Below are positions 25,156 through 39,078 of a stretch of DNA of 64,000 nucleotides, piece after piece; position 1 is the first letter of the stretch, and each line of letters begins with the position of its first letter. The notes beneath the pieces were generated by a model. That model saw only the letters and a list, made by a program, of their open reading frames with translations. It did not search any database and was not told where the DNA came from. Source of the DNA: Octopus sinensis (lineage: Eukaryota); NCBI RefSeq assembly GCF_006345805.1, contig NC_043007.1, forward strand, positions 26,288,001 through 26,352,000, written 5' to 3'. A program made the translations under genes and the position numbers.

Positions 25156-25677
25156 GCTAGCTAGTTAAGAAAATCTTTTGTAAGAGATAAAAGCAGCATT
25201 TATACTGAGAATTAATGTTTAATAGCTCTTAAACACGGAACCGACGATACTGTTATTTTAGTCCCATGAGGACACTTCATCCAGCTGGTTATTCAGTGCA
25301 CTCCGCGCTGGTGCACTCCGCAAGCAGGTGAGAAACTATTTCATCCCCGTGACCACCAGACCGTGCGGTTTCGACCTCTTTATGATCGTCCTCAATGGTG
25401 GGTGCTTGTCCACTAGACATTGCAGTAGTTCATCCAGTTCACAATATATGGAAAATAAGTGACATAGAGTCACTGGTCTTGCAACAAGCAAACTAGCTAG
25501 TTAAGAAAATCTATATTAGACATTAAAACAGTGTTTATACCGAGAAGTAATGTTTATCGCCACCTAAACATGGCTGTTCCCTAGGAACCGACGATAATGC
25601 TATTTTAACTAATACTACTAGTTTAATGTAGTATGCAATATATATCGAGTGCAGAGTGCACTGAATAACCAGCTGGA
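25156..25677. mobile_element. Penelope-like pseudo-LTR relic with direct and inverted partial repeats
   Basis: CTAGCTAGTTAAGAAAATCT..GGAACCGACGATA direct repeat (~25157 and ~25493); 24-bp perfect inverted repeat 25280-25303 / 25654-25677; hammerhead fold inside; (TA)n at left. Confidence 0.55.
25353..25401 (-). ncRNA. Type I hammerhead ribozyme motif with C3U substitution
   Basis: Minus strand CCACCA-TTGAGGA-C-GATC(ATAAAGA)GGTC-GAAA-CCG(CA)CGG-TC-TGGTGG: 6-bp stem I, GUC triplet. Confidence 0.65.
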
Positions 25678-25744
25678 GGAGGCGTTAAACATTACTTGTG
25701 TGTGTGTGTGTGCTATCATGAAAAGAAAAGCATAAGTATTAAGG

Positions 25745-26025
25745 TCAATTTACATTATTTACATTATTTATATTCGATGGATATTTCTCCTCATCTTGTT
25801 TGTTGTTAACACAATATTTCGGCTGATATACCCTTCAGCCTTCTTCAGGTGTCTTGGGGAAATTTCGAACGTGGGTTCTCATTTCTAAGATATTTTTCGA
25901 TGTTATTATTATTATTATTATTATTGTTATTATTACTATTGTTGTTAGTGTTCAGGTCAGTGCTTGGAATCGAATTCGGAATCTTGGGGTTAGTAGCCAG
26001 CTCTCTTAACCACTACGCCATATGC
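25745..26025 (-). mobile_element. tRNA-headed SINE-like element carrying a hammerhead motif, with a fused inverted partial copy (26024-26130, +)
   Basis: Minus strand: GCATATGGCGTAGTGGTTAAG (A box) .. CCGAATTCGATTCC (B box), (TAA)n linker, hammerhead, ..AATGTAAATAATGT tail; inverted 3' part begins at 26024. Confidence 0.75.
25809..25852 (-). ncRNA. Minimal type I hammerhead ribozyme motif (dimer type)
   Basis: ACAC-CTGAAGA-A-GGCTGA(AGGGTATA)TCAGCC-GAAA-TATT-GTGT; stem III only via palindrome AATATT (AACGTT in the inverted copy). Confidence 0.7.
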
Positions 26026-26503
26026 TGGAGGGTATATCAGCCGAAACGTTGTGGTAACAACAAACGAGATGAGGACAAATATCCGTCGAATGTAAATAAT
26101 GTAAACAATATACATAATTCCTCATCTCTAAACTCTTCAAGGTGGTATCCAAGCTTGGCTGCAGTCCAATGACTGAAACCAGTAAAAGAATAAAAGATTA
26201 AAAATAAAATACTTTTAATATGTACGAAGTAATAAAATGTAATATATTAGGAAATAAACTAATAAAGGAAATACTAGCTTTCTGATGGCAATAACATAAG
26301 ACAGGAAGACAACTTTTGAAGACAGTAATTTTAATACTCATATTGATCAAAGTGCCTTTCAAGGTTACGATGTTTATAGTTAGGTTTAATAAAACGTTAC
26401 TACTGTTCTCGGTAACATGACATTTTTTTATTTGTTATATTCTGCAATAAGAAATGTTTATTACAGCACAAAGTTGTACTGACGGTTCTACATGTATTAA
26501 TAT

Positions 26504-26540
<37 letters not shown>

Positions 26541-26545
26541 GCTTG

Positions 26546-26576
<31 letters not shown>

Positions 26577-26915
26577 GCTTGTATGTATATATCATCATTG
26601 TAATTTTAGGGTTATTGTTTTCGAAACAAAAAAAAAATCGTTATTTAATACACTTTATTAATTTAAATCTTTCTTTCCATTATTTTAACATTATATTTTT
26701 TCCCTTTTAACTTTGCTGAATTATAACGTGGATATAATATAAAGTAGAAGAAATGTAATTTTATTAAATATAGGAGAAAAATAAAGCACTTGATTATATT
26801 TACAGACTATATATATATATATATATATATATAATGCATGTGTGTATGCATGTGCGTGTATATGAAATAAATTCACATATACATACATACAAACAAACAT
26901 ATAATAGAGAGAGAG

Positions 26916-27005
<90 letters not shown>

Positions 27006-27049
27006 TAAAATATGTATGTATGTATCGATGGATTGATGTATATACATGA

Positions 27050-27215
27050 TTACCATCATCATCATCTAACGTCTGTATTCATGCTGCCATGGGTTGGATG
27101 GTTTGACTAGACCCGATGTGTTCAAGAACTGCATCGTGCATCAATTTTTTTTTTTTTGGCATGGTTTCTATGGTTGGATGCTCTACCTGACTGCAAGCAC
27201 TTCGCAATTTTTCGT
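27050..27215 (-). mobile_element. Degenerate retroposon 3' end with (GAT)n tail
   Basis: CATCATCATCTAACGTC..CATGGGTTGGATGGTTTGAC..GGCATGGTTTCTATGGTTGGATGC resembles an RTE-type SINE/LINE tail read on minus. Confidence 0.5.
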
Positions 27216-27685
27216 GTCACCTGCACAATTGAGGTCACTAAAAAGTCTGTTGGGTGTCAGTTCCATGCTAGGGGACGAAGTGATTGATCTAAAAGAAATG
27301 GGGCTCAGGAGTATAGGTTCTTGAAGAGGGTCTGCATGGTAACTCACACCTAGTGAGGGAAAGAACGAGATAAAGAGTAAACGAACAGTAAGGGCAGCAA
27401 GATATAGACAATGGTAATGAGATGTCTAGGGGTTTCCACAAATTACCAGGTGACTTGCTGCTAAAATGGGTACGGTTGAAGGGTTGATGGGAAAGAAGCC
27501 ACTATTTGAAGGAGATAGAAGGAGGCAGACGTGAGTAGGACGGTATGAAACGGGAATGATAAATATCATACAGTTATCAAGGGTGGGAACTGAAGTGAGA
27601 GATGTCATAATTGGATAGTCAGCAGGAGCAGTGGGTAGAAGAAGCAGGCCTAATGCATTGGAAGGGGTACGTCACTGTAACGTGG

Positions 27686-27734
<49 letters not shown>

Positions 27735-27789
27735 ACACACACACACATATAGTAGAAGAAAATACCGAGTGCTCTATTTCTCATCCGGC

Positions 27790-28690
27790 TGCAATCATCA
27801 GCTGAGTGCCGTGCTTCGACAAGATTTCGGCCCATTAAGCTCAGTATCTCTCCACACAGTGGGCCCCGCAACAGCTGGACGCATTGCGTTGCAACCAGAC
27901 TCGTAACAGTTCAGTGACCTTATGCGCATTCACAAACCTCCTGGTAATCCAAGCACAACCCTCAACTGCTTTCTCCCCACATTCCTTGATGGTCTTTCCA
28001 TAATCACTAATCATCTCTCCCGGCAATCGGACTTTCACGCTTGGATTATCTTTGACCGTGTAGGAAGCCGCAGACCAAGTGCTCGTCCATTGAAGGCCAC
28101 GCTTTATCAGAGGCACGAGGCCACTTTATCACTCACCGGCCAGAAGCTGGAACTGATGTATGGGTCTGCGGGACACTGTGGTGTTTGTCCTGGTCCCAGC
28201 ACTCCCGGCATTTATATCAGTTACCAGCTTCAATCCACACTTCATCTTTGATGGCTCTTCCTTCCTTTCACAGACTTGAAGACTCGTCTACATCCACTAT
28301 ATATATCAACTTCGATATGGGAAAATGCGAGTAACCTTCCACGCTAATAGATTGTGTTTCTTCTTGACTACCGTACACTGTCCATTTTTTGTTTTCTATA
28401 TCCCCCATGGACTGCTTGAAGCTTACAAACTTCCTACACTTGGAGCCCCGGATCTCACTCTTATATGCTGCTATAATGTTTTCATCCGCACCAGAAGCAT
28501 TTTACATTCAGTCTTTAGAAATATTATCTTAATCAACAAAATTCTCATCACTTTTTGAAATGCCATTCATATGGTCTTTTGTATGCTCTTCCAAACCTTT
28601 TCTAAGTTCCTTTATTCATCAAGAATAATATCCAAACTGTATCTACGCATTATTTCTGCTTTTTCTCAACACACCTCTTACAGGGTCGTT
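27790..28690 (-). pseudogene. Decayed N-terminal region of an RLE-type non-LTR retrotransposon (HERO/NeSL-like)
   Basis: Minus strand yields zinc-finger-like SGCRRVFKSVKGRKSHQR/MKC (28235-28305) followed by IKWPRASDKAWPSMDEHL (28070-28130); frameshifted. Confidence 0.45.
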
Positions 28691-28857
28691 CCACTTTTCT
28701 TTGTTTCACTTCATTTTCTGTTATTTATTGGATTGGGGCCACAGTCTTGAAGGGTTTGGTCGAACAAATCTACCCCTTTTCAAGTGTGGTACTTATTCTG
28801 TCGGTCTTTTTGTTGTTGTTTTTTGTGGGGGGGGGGTCTTTTCTTTTTTTGAAGGGG

Positions 28858-29016
28858 CAGGAATGGTTGTGTGGAAAGTAGCTTACTTACCAACCACATG
28901 GTTCCGGGTTCAGTCCACTGCATGGCACCTTGGGCAAGTGTTTTCTACTATAGCCTCGGACCGACCAAAGCCTTGTGAGTGGATTTGGTAGACGGAAACT
29001 GAAAGAAGCCCATCGT
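28858..29016 (+). mobile_element. SINE family D (CORE-SINE-like) 5' half
   Basis: tRNA-like head GGTTCCGGGTTCAGTCC then CORE-like ACCTTGGGCAAGTG..GGATTTGGTAGACGGAAACTGAAAGAAGCCC. Confidence 0.85.
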
Positions 29017-29039
29017 ATATATATATATATATATATAAA

Positions 29040-29810
<771 letters not shown>

Positions 29811-30669
29811 AATGACTGAAACAAATGAAAGAATAAAAGAATAATAAAAAAACCGTTAATGTAACGGGAACAAACAAACAATAGAATAAGTCCCAGACTT
29901 AAAGAGAAAAGTATGTAATGGAGTCTTTTTCTCCAAGGCATTGTCTAAATATGACCGCAGTCCAATGACTGAAAAAGTAAAAGAACATAAGAGAAGATAC
30001 AGTTTCGTTCATTTTCATCGAACATGTTAAAATGGAGTATTCACCAATAGCTTGCGATTTCTGTACTTTTGCTATTTCACAAACGACTTCACGTAAGGCT
30101 TCAACAGAAACTAAATATTTGTTGCGAAGCTTTACTAGATTTGCCAAACCTTAGAGACTGCATTTAATTAGTTTTCTCTGGGAAACATATAACGCTTGTC
30201 AATGCACAGAACGGAGAGAAATTTATCAAGTGTTCTTTTGGTCTAGTTCTCAGCGTTCTATAATCAAAAGCTTACAGCAGAAAATATAATGCGGACGTTC
30301 TCGAGTTGAAACCGGTAAACTTACAAAACCGTTTTACGCAAACACTTCATCATAATCTTGATTGTGTATTATTATGCTCAGCATTATAACTCGTAACGAA
30401 ATACTGAGAGAAGAAAAAAAAATGGGCGATTTATATTATTTATAACAAAAAAGTCGACCTATAAGAATATGGTTTTATAAGTAAATAGATGATGTTTGCT
30501 AATTTATTATGCTACAAGATTCTAAATCAAGGATTTACTCATTATTCTAAATCTGATAGTTCATTAGCCGACAGGGGTAATTTGCTCTGAGGTTGGTAAA
30601 CACTGATATAATTATTTTAATCACCTCTCCACCACAGTCCTCTCTCTCACACTCTGCACATTATATGTA

Positions 30670-30937
30670 TAGAATTAGATACATGCATACGTACATACAT
30701 ACACACATATACATACACACAAAAATACATACATACATAGACACACACAAATACATGCATGCATACATACATACATACATACATACATACCATACATACA
30801 TACATACATACATACATACATACATACAGCCATACATATATATCATACATACAACCATACATACATACATACATACATACATACATACCTACAGCCATAC
30901 ATACATACATACCATACATACATACATACATACATCA

Positions 30938-30971
<34 letters not shown>

Positions 30972-31025
30972 CATACATACCTACACACATACCATACACA
31001 CATACATACATACATACATACATAC
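30670..31025. repeat. (TACA)n microsatellite array
   Basis: Directly visible. Confidence 0.95.
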
Positions 31026-31392
31026 AAAACCGTCCTTCCATACAGATCTGTGTTAATCAGCATACTTTGAAAATATTTTTTTATATAATTTAATGAAATT
31101 TAATTTTCGAATATTATGGCTGTACCAAACAACATTTATAAAAACATTCTTAAGACACACACACACATACACACAGACACACACTCATACACACTTTCAC
31201 ACACACATACACGCATTCTCTTTTTTTTTCCCCTGTATATATACATCATTCCTCCGCCACTCTGTTCCCCTCCCATTGTAATTATATCCCCCCGTCCTTC
31301 TCTCTCCTGATTTTCTCTATCTCTTCACGTGCTTATGTGTACATGTCTGCACACACCACACAGGTATTATATATATATATATATACACACCC

Positions 31393-31428
<36 letters not shown>

Positions 31429-31682
31429 ATATATATATAATATAATATATATCATATATTTTATACAAAGATGTAATATATCTATTATATAGATATATAT
31501 ATATATTATATATCTATATATATATATATACACACATGTTATATATATATATATATATATTATATATAGTGTGTGTGTATATGCTTGTATATCTGTATCT
31601 ATTTGTGTGTGTGTGTGTTTGAGTGTATCTATTTATCTATGCATCCCTCTGTCTATCTATTCTATACTACGTATGTATATAT

Positions 31683-31740
<58 letters not shown>

Positions 31741-32506
31741 TATAGATATATATATATACGAAATATGTATATATATATATGTTTGTATATATATAGATGT
31801 ATATTCTGTAATATATACATATATGTATATATATATATATGTGTGTGTGTATGTATATATTTATACACATAGATATATATGTATATATATAAATATATGA
31901 ATGTATATATATGTGTGTGTGTGTATAGTTTGTATGCGTATACATGCGTGTATTACACAGAGGCATCAAACAGGCTTGTATGCATACATGTATATATAAA
32001 TATATACACAGTACATACCTTGTAGGCAAACACGAAATGCAGGCAACAGCAACGAACCTTTCATGCATGCAGTCATATCAATTAGACGGTTGGCGATGCA
32101 AACTGCACATTTTTTTTTTTACCTCTCCTTTTTTTGCTCTCCTTTGCCTTTCATCCTCTTCATCCCCCTTCCTCTCCCTGCTTCTGTTTTAGCCTCACCA
32201 TCTTTACCTTCCCTTTCTCCTCATTCTCATTTTTTTTTTTCTGTCACCAGCACCTAACTTACATTACACACCAACTCTCAACGTTATACGAACCCCGCAC
32301 CTTCTGCAATTATATCATATCCCCCCGCTTTCCTAGCCGTTTAACAACAAACATGCTGTATAATTCCCCACTGCGACACGATACTAGAACATCTGTTCGA
32401 TATATATGTATATATATAATGACATGTAGGATATAATTATACATTATATATATATATATAGATATATATATTATATTATATATATATATATATATATATA
32501 ATATAT

Positions 32507-32547
<41 letters not shown>

Positions 32548-32986
32548 TATATATATATATACATATAATATATATATCTATATATATAGTGGAGAGAGAG
32601 AGAGAGAGAGGAGAGGGGGCGATTTGTCAGTACACATTACTGGTTGACACAGGAAACCTTTGAACGACGTATACGTACAGAGGCAACCACGTACGTCACA
32701 CACGGACTCGTAAATTTATAGAAGTGCACGCAGCTCTTCAAAGAGATTCATATCTGTGTGTGTGTGTGCGAGTGTATTTGTGTGTGTACGTATATGTATG
32801 AATGTAGTTATTTATGTATGAGTGTGTGTGTGTGTGTTGTGTGTGTGTGTGTGTGTGTGTGTGAGTGTGTGTGTATGAATGTATCAAATAACATTGCACT
32901 GACAAATGAACACACGACAACCTGCATAATTATGATGGCGCTACATATGTATATAGGCATACATCAGTGCATCTACCTATAGGGAC

Positions 32987-33076
<90 letters not shown>

Positions 33077-33077
<1 letters not shown>

Positions 33078-34378
33078 TGTTTCTTTATTAGCCACACAGG
33101 GCTGCACACAGACAGGACAAATTACAAGGTAGAGCTTTTCTTTTGGAGGTAAAAAAGGGGGTTTGGTTTTCGATCAAAAGGGATCGTAAAAGGAAAGAAA
33201 GAGGACAAAAAAAGGGGTGGGGATAAAATTTTAAAAAAAAAGGGAAAGGAAAAGAAAGGGAAAGGAAAGAAAATTGATCAATAGGGATCGTTATCACAGA
33301 AATTGAATATAAAGTGTAAAGGGGAAGAAGGTGAGGTTTACCCGTGGAAAGAAAGCCTACGGAAAGACCACGGAACCTCGGTCAATGAAGTCACATTTTA
33401 TATTTTTTTACAAATAAGCAACTCTCTGTCTTAATTTTACGTTCATAGGATCATAGTCAAGGTGGCTTCGTCATTCATACGTGCCATCCTTGCTACATTC
33501 ACCCATCTTTTTTAAAACATTCACTAGACAATACTTGCCTCTCTACTCTCACTTTCCTCTTCAAGTGATACTTGAAGAAGTTGATGAGAGATTGACCAGA
33601 GAGGAAAGTGTTGTCTCTAATACTTTCAGGCGCGTCCACCAGATACATTCTTTCGCCATAGCCACAAATATGATAAAAATAGCTCTTCCTTCCCGTTTGA
33701 AGGAAGGAGGCGTGACGATATTAACGATAGACTCGGCTGATAAACCGACACGTCCCACACGTGACAGCAGTCGTTCGATATAAGCCCATAGGTCGGAGAT
33801 TGTTGGACACTGCACGATTGCGTGCAGAACTGTTTCGTCGCTCTGCCCGCATCTCGGGCAGGTCGGCCCCGTGCCTATAGAGCTTATCCCGAACGGGTAG
33901 CGCTTCTCGGTAGCACTGCCAGGCCAGGGATCTCTGGAAGTTGTCCATAAGTCCCGGCCCGAAAGTCGTTTCAAACAGGCGGGTCAAGTATTCCTCGTCG
34001 ACGCCCAGGTTTGCCCCAAGATCGTCATCGTACCTCCCCTCCACTAATCCCCTATAGAATGCTTTGGTTGTGTTGAAGTCACTCAAGGTCGACCCAGGAC
34101 GGCAGAGTTGCTTGAGAGCAACGCGACACTCGCGGTGCCATTCGCCCTTCCTCGGCCTCTTTTTGATCCACGACTGCAGTTCGGTCATGGAGACGAGCTG
34201 CGGGAACGCGTGCCTCACAAACGGCGACCACACCTGTTCACGTCGTCTACATAGAGCCGGAGATGTCGCAGTCTCAGCGCATGTCTGCGCATCATCAACC
34301 ACGGCATGCCCAGCCCTCCTTTTAACGGGTGTTGACAGCAAATGGGTCGCCTGACCATCGGGACGCATCCTTTCCACA
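33077..34378 (-). mobile_element. 5'-truncated Tx1/L1-like LINE (ORF2 C-terminus with zinc-binding domain, 3' UTR)
   Basis: PLKGGLGMPWL, SLAWQCYREALPVRDKL, CPRCGQSDETVLHAIVQCP; AATAAA followed by (ATCT)n; 5' end abuts (TATG)n. Confidence 0.9.
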
Positions 34379-34410
34379 TACATACATACATACATACATA
34401 CATACATACA

Positions 34411-34444
<34 letters not shown>

Positions 34445-34593
34445 CATACATACATAATACATTGATGGACAGACAGATGCACACACACGTATATGCGTAC
34501 ATATTCATATACGTGTGTGTATAATATTTATAAACAAACTAGAAGGCTTTGTAAGTTACGGAGAGAAAGTGATATATATATATATATATATAT

Positions 34594-34960
34594 ATACTCT
34601 TTTATTTGTTTCAGTCATTTGAGTGCAGCCATGCTGGTGCACCGCCTTTACATGAACAGATCGACCGCAGGACTTGTTCTTTGTAAGCCTAGTACTTATT
34701 GTATTGACCTCTTTTGTCGAACCACTAAGTTACGGGGACGTAAGCGCACCAGCATCTGTTGTCAAGCGATGGTGGAGGTACAAACATGTGTATGTTTGTG
34801 TGTGTGTGACAGGCTTCTTTCAGTTTCGGTCTACCAAATCCACTCACAAGTCTTTGGTAGATTATAATAGAAGACACTTGCCCAAGGTGCCACGCAGTGG
34901 GACTGAACCCAGAACGATGTGGCTGGTAAGCAAGCTAGTTACCACCCAGCCACTCCGGAG
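34594..34960 (-). mobile_element. SINE family D, near full length
   Basis: CACTTGCCCAAGG..GGGACTGAACCC head/CORE and TTGTTTCAGTCATTTGA tail. Confidence 0.85.
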
Positions 34961-35028
34961 CTTGTAAATATAACTGTATGTATGTATATATACCTATATG
35001 TGTGCGTATGTATGTACATAGTGTATAT

Positions 35029-35088
<60 letters not shown>

Positions 35089-35316
35089 TATATATCTGTA
35101 TATGTGCATATATGTGTATATGTATATGTATATGTGCATATATGTGTATATGTATATGTATATACGTATATATGCTCATATATATTTATACACACACATA
35201 TACGCTCATACATGCACTCCCATACTCTCACATATACACACATTACTGCAACGCATATGCAAGCATATACCAAATTGTATGACTAGGAAATCCACATTTC
35301 CATATTTCAAGGAAGT

Positions 35317-35545
35317 TAGTTAGTTAGTTAGTTAATTTGGCTCAAAAGCAAATAGCAAGGCCATGTAGGGGGACATGGAGTTAAGTACAGGGTGGTGTTC
35401 ATGTAAAGAGTTGAGGCCACTTGAGGTCAAGGGAGGCTTTGAACAAAGCGTCCTCAGCCTTTCTTCATAGGACAAATTTTTGAGACCATGAACCATGCGG
35501 GTAGCCAGCTTCTGGACTCTTTCGAGATGCTGTATGTCTTGCATC
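35317..35545 (-). mobile_element. CR1-like LINE 3' fragment with (TAAC)n tail
   Basis: QDIQHLERVQKLATRMVHGLKNLSYEERLRTL; tail CCAAATTAACTAACTAAC. Confidence 0.8.
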
Positions 35546-35997
35546 GTAAATGTGTTTATTACGAACTATCTTTTATATGTTTTAGGCTCGCTCTGCTTTT
35601 GATTTTACCTCATCAATTGCATTTGAAGAAATTTATTCAGTCCCCATCAATGCTATTTCCAGAAACGGACAGCTTTCAATGAATTGATATCATTGAATTA
35701 ATTTAATTCTGTTATTAATCCACCAGATATCTCCTGAAGTAGAGAGCGGAATATCGTGCGGTAAGGCTCCATTTTTAAGCGATTACTTCATATTACCATA
35801 TCGAAATTTAATTTGTGCTAAGCTTAAAGTATAACATTAAATCGTGAGTCTATATATATTTTAATCTTAAATTCGTCGCTTATATAGCGCCAATATAAAC
35901 TTACTTTGTGGTCTACACACAAATATACACACACACGCACATTCACACACACACTGTAGTTACTCAGTCACTTAAACATACACACACGCACACACAA

Positions 35998-36128
35998 TAA
36001 TAATTCTCTACTCTAGGCACAAGGCCCGAAATTTTGGGGTAGGAAGCCAGGCGATTAGATCGACCCCAGTACGCAACTGGTGCTTAATTTATCGACTCCG
36101 AAAGGCTGAAAGGCAAAGTCGACCACGG
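35998..36128 (-). mobile_element. 5'-truncated SINE family B variant
   Basis: Core GGCTGAAAGGCAAAGTCGAC and tail CTCTACTCTAGGCACAAGGCC. Confidence 0.8.
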
Positions 36129-36541
36129 CATACACTCACACCAACACGCTCGTATATTCACAGACATACTCACTCCCTGAGACAGATCCGACAGACACCA
36201 GTTCCTTCTTATAACGTAGCGAAGATGACGAAGAACCTTACAAAGCAAAAAAAACGTAAAAGACAAAGGAAAAAGAAGAGAGACGACCTCCCCACACCAA
36301 CACCGGAAAACGCAGAAATCCCCAGCACATCGAACATAGACACAGCAAGAAACAACGCCAGCACCAGCACCACCATTTCCACAACCACCACTACCCCAAC
36401 CAAATCCACCAATGCACTCACAACCACATGTAGCGCCCAAAAGAAAGCTCACATTCGCCAATACGGAAACACCGAATTACGTGCTCGTGAGAAATGCCAA
36501 CAAAAATTTGTTGGCTCTTATAGCAAGAAACAAGGAAATTA

Positions 36542-36572
<31 letters not shown>

Positions 36573-36828
36573 GGTGCAATATACGATATCAACACCCTTA
36601 GGGTTCCGAATCACTTAATACTAATTAGGCTACCCCTCAAAGGATACAAAGAAATTCAGAAGGATTTCCTGCATGACGTGGAAAGGCGAAACGTCCGCGC
36701 CACGAAGAGTCTTTTGGTTGGTTTCCCAGAGGAACCAGACTCGAAATCCGGGTCACGAACTTGCCAACAGTTCCAGTAGAGTAAGTGACCCCACTCTTTT
36801 TTCTTTTCCTCAACTGTTCAGAACTGTC

Positions 36829-39078
36829 ATGGCGATTATCAGATTGGGCTGCATGAATGTTCGCGGCCTGAGGTCAGCCTGGAAGCAAGGTCGTTTGCTC
36901 AAGGATTTCCAGCATGTCCAGGATTTCCAGCATACGCGATCGTGGATCCATTTTCGACGATTATAATATCTTTGCATCTCTTAGTCGGCTCGGAATTGAA
37001 GGCGGGGTGGCAGTACTGTCTAGGAAAGGCCTGGATCTCGAAGCTCGAACGATCTTTCTGGACGCGGAGGGTAAATTGGTGGTCCTGGACGTGAGCGACA
37101 GTGAAGATGGTATTTTAGATTAGCTGCTGTTTACGCTCCATCGGGAGTAGGGCAACCAGATATCTTCAGACGTTTGGAGGTTTTCCTTCGGATGTCACAC
37201 TCTTTAATGTTAATGGGTGATTGAACGTCATCTTGGACATACGCCTGGATAGGATGGGGATAGCTGATAGAAGATGGGAACTAAAAGCCTCACAAACCTG
37301 CTCAATCGCTTTCCGGCGCGCTAAGCTTTCAGAGACCGGGTTAGCAAGTTAGTCCATCGAGAGATAGTAGGCTCAATCGTCAATAGTCGTTGGTGGATAG
37401 CCCTGAAGAGGGCTATTAGAGTAGAGGTGGTAGGTTTTAATAAGGGAATAACGTTAGCAGAATCTAGGATAGATGGAGACTTAGTTAGGTAACTAGGAGA
37501 AGGGCTTATGAAATGCATAGCGACGAGATTGGCTCTTGATCAATTCTTCAATGCCAAGCACGAAGGTTGCGCCGCCAGAGCTAGAGTGCGTGCATTAAGA
37601 CGAAGGGAACGAAAGCCGTTCGATGAGCCCGGGTTGCAGAGACGATACGTAGGAACAAAGCAATAATTCGGTCTTTAGCGAGCTGTGATGGGAGCATAAT
37701 AACCGAGTCCAAACAGATATGTGCGGAATTTTATTGGTGCGGAATTTCTGAGTCGGTGGGGGATTTCACCTATCTCAGTGGCATGCCGTGCCTCTCATCC
37801 AAGGATGCGGAGTTAGGCGAAATGCCGATAACAGCCGAAGATATACGGGATGCGATGATGGCCTGCGCAAAAGAGAAGTCTCCTGGGCAAGATGGTCTGC
37901 CCTTCGAGCTTTATTTTCATATGCCAGACTTGTTCGGTGGTCTCTTGGTAGACATCTATCACAACCGGCAACAGAACAGGAGAATGCCCTATGCTGTGAG
38001 CTGTGGAATAGTGTTTCTGTTGAGGAAGGACCCGAACAAGGGGGACAAAATTAATAATCTTAGGCCTATAACTCTGATGAATGCAGATTATAAGATTTTG
38101 ACCAAGGTGGTAGCCAAGAGCTTAGCGCTTGTCGTCGATAAGTTGGTTCGTGATGCGCAGACATGCGCTATCACAAACAGAAGTGTCCTCAATAACATCC
38201 GCTTCCCGTGCTACATCGTAGAGAGGGTGGGTAAGGAACCTGGCATGGGTGGGACCTTAATCAATTTGGGTAGGAGGTCAGTCGATTAGATCGACCCCAG
38301 TACGCAACTGGTGCTTAATTTATGGACCCCGAAAGGCTGAAAGGTAAAGTCGACCTCGGCATACACGCACACCAACAATCCCTAGCCTGGCAGTGTTACC
38401 GGGGAGATCTGTCGGTCCGTCACAAGCTCTGCAGACACGGAAATGCTATCAGACGGACCTGTCCGAGGTCTGCGCAGGGTGATGAAACCGTCCCGCATGC
38501 ACTCGTCCAGTGTCCGTGCATTACTGACCGTTGTCGAACAGCTGTTGTCACGTGTAGGACGGATCCGGTTATCAGCCAAGTCCATTGTGAAGATCGCTCC
38601 GTCGCCTCCTTTTGGCCGGAAGGGCTAAGCAGTTTTCCTCTGACTGGTGGCTATAGCGAAAGAGGTAGTATGGTGGACTGCAAGGACTGAAGCCAGACAC
38701 TTTCCTCTCCGGTCGATCCTTCACCTACTTCTTCAGTTCCACTTGAAAAGGAAAGTGAGAGTAGAGAGGGAAGTGCTTTCCCCACCCAGTAATTTTGTTG
38801 AGAGGTGGGTGAATGTTGCGAAGATGACTCGTGTGAATGGACCTACTCTGTATATTCATCTGTGAGCCGAAGCAGTTGAAAGGAAGAGGGGTGCCTAGGG
38901 TGACTAGGATGTTTGGGGTAACTTGGTTGGCCCTAGATGGAACTCCCTCTACTGAGGAATTTAGACTGCTTTTGTTTTTTACTGTTTACACGTTTTCTGT
39001 TTTACATCCTACTTTCCCTTCTTTTGTAATTGTCCCTTTATGTCTTTGTGTCCGGCCCCTGTGGCCAATAAAGAAAAG
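36829..39078 (+). pseudogene. Decayed Tx1/L1-like ORF2 (APE endonuclease, RT N-half, zinc-binding C-terminus) with internal deletion and (ATT)n tail
   Basis: MAIIRLGCMNVRGL (APE), KSPGQDGLPFELY..RPITLMNADYKILTKV (RT), SLAWQCYRGDLSVRHKL..HLKRKVRVEREVL; AATAAA at ~39067; 36130-36790 may be ORF1 remnants (low confidence). Confidence 0.9.

Noticed and set aside
27300-27660. Possible LINE relic with SKSPG-like motif on the minus strand
   Set aside because: A single short motif with no further RT similarity recognisable by eye
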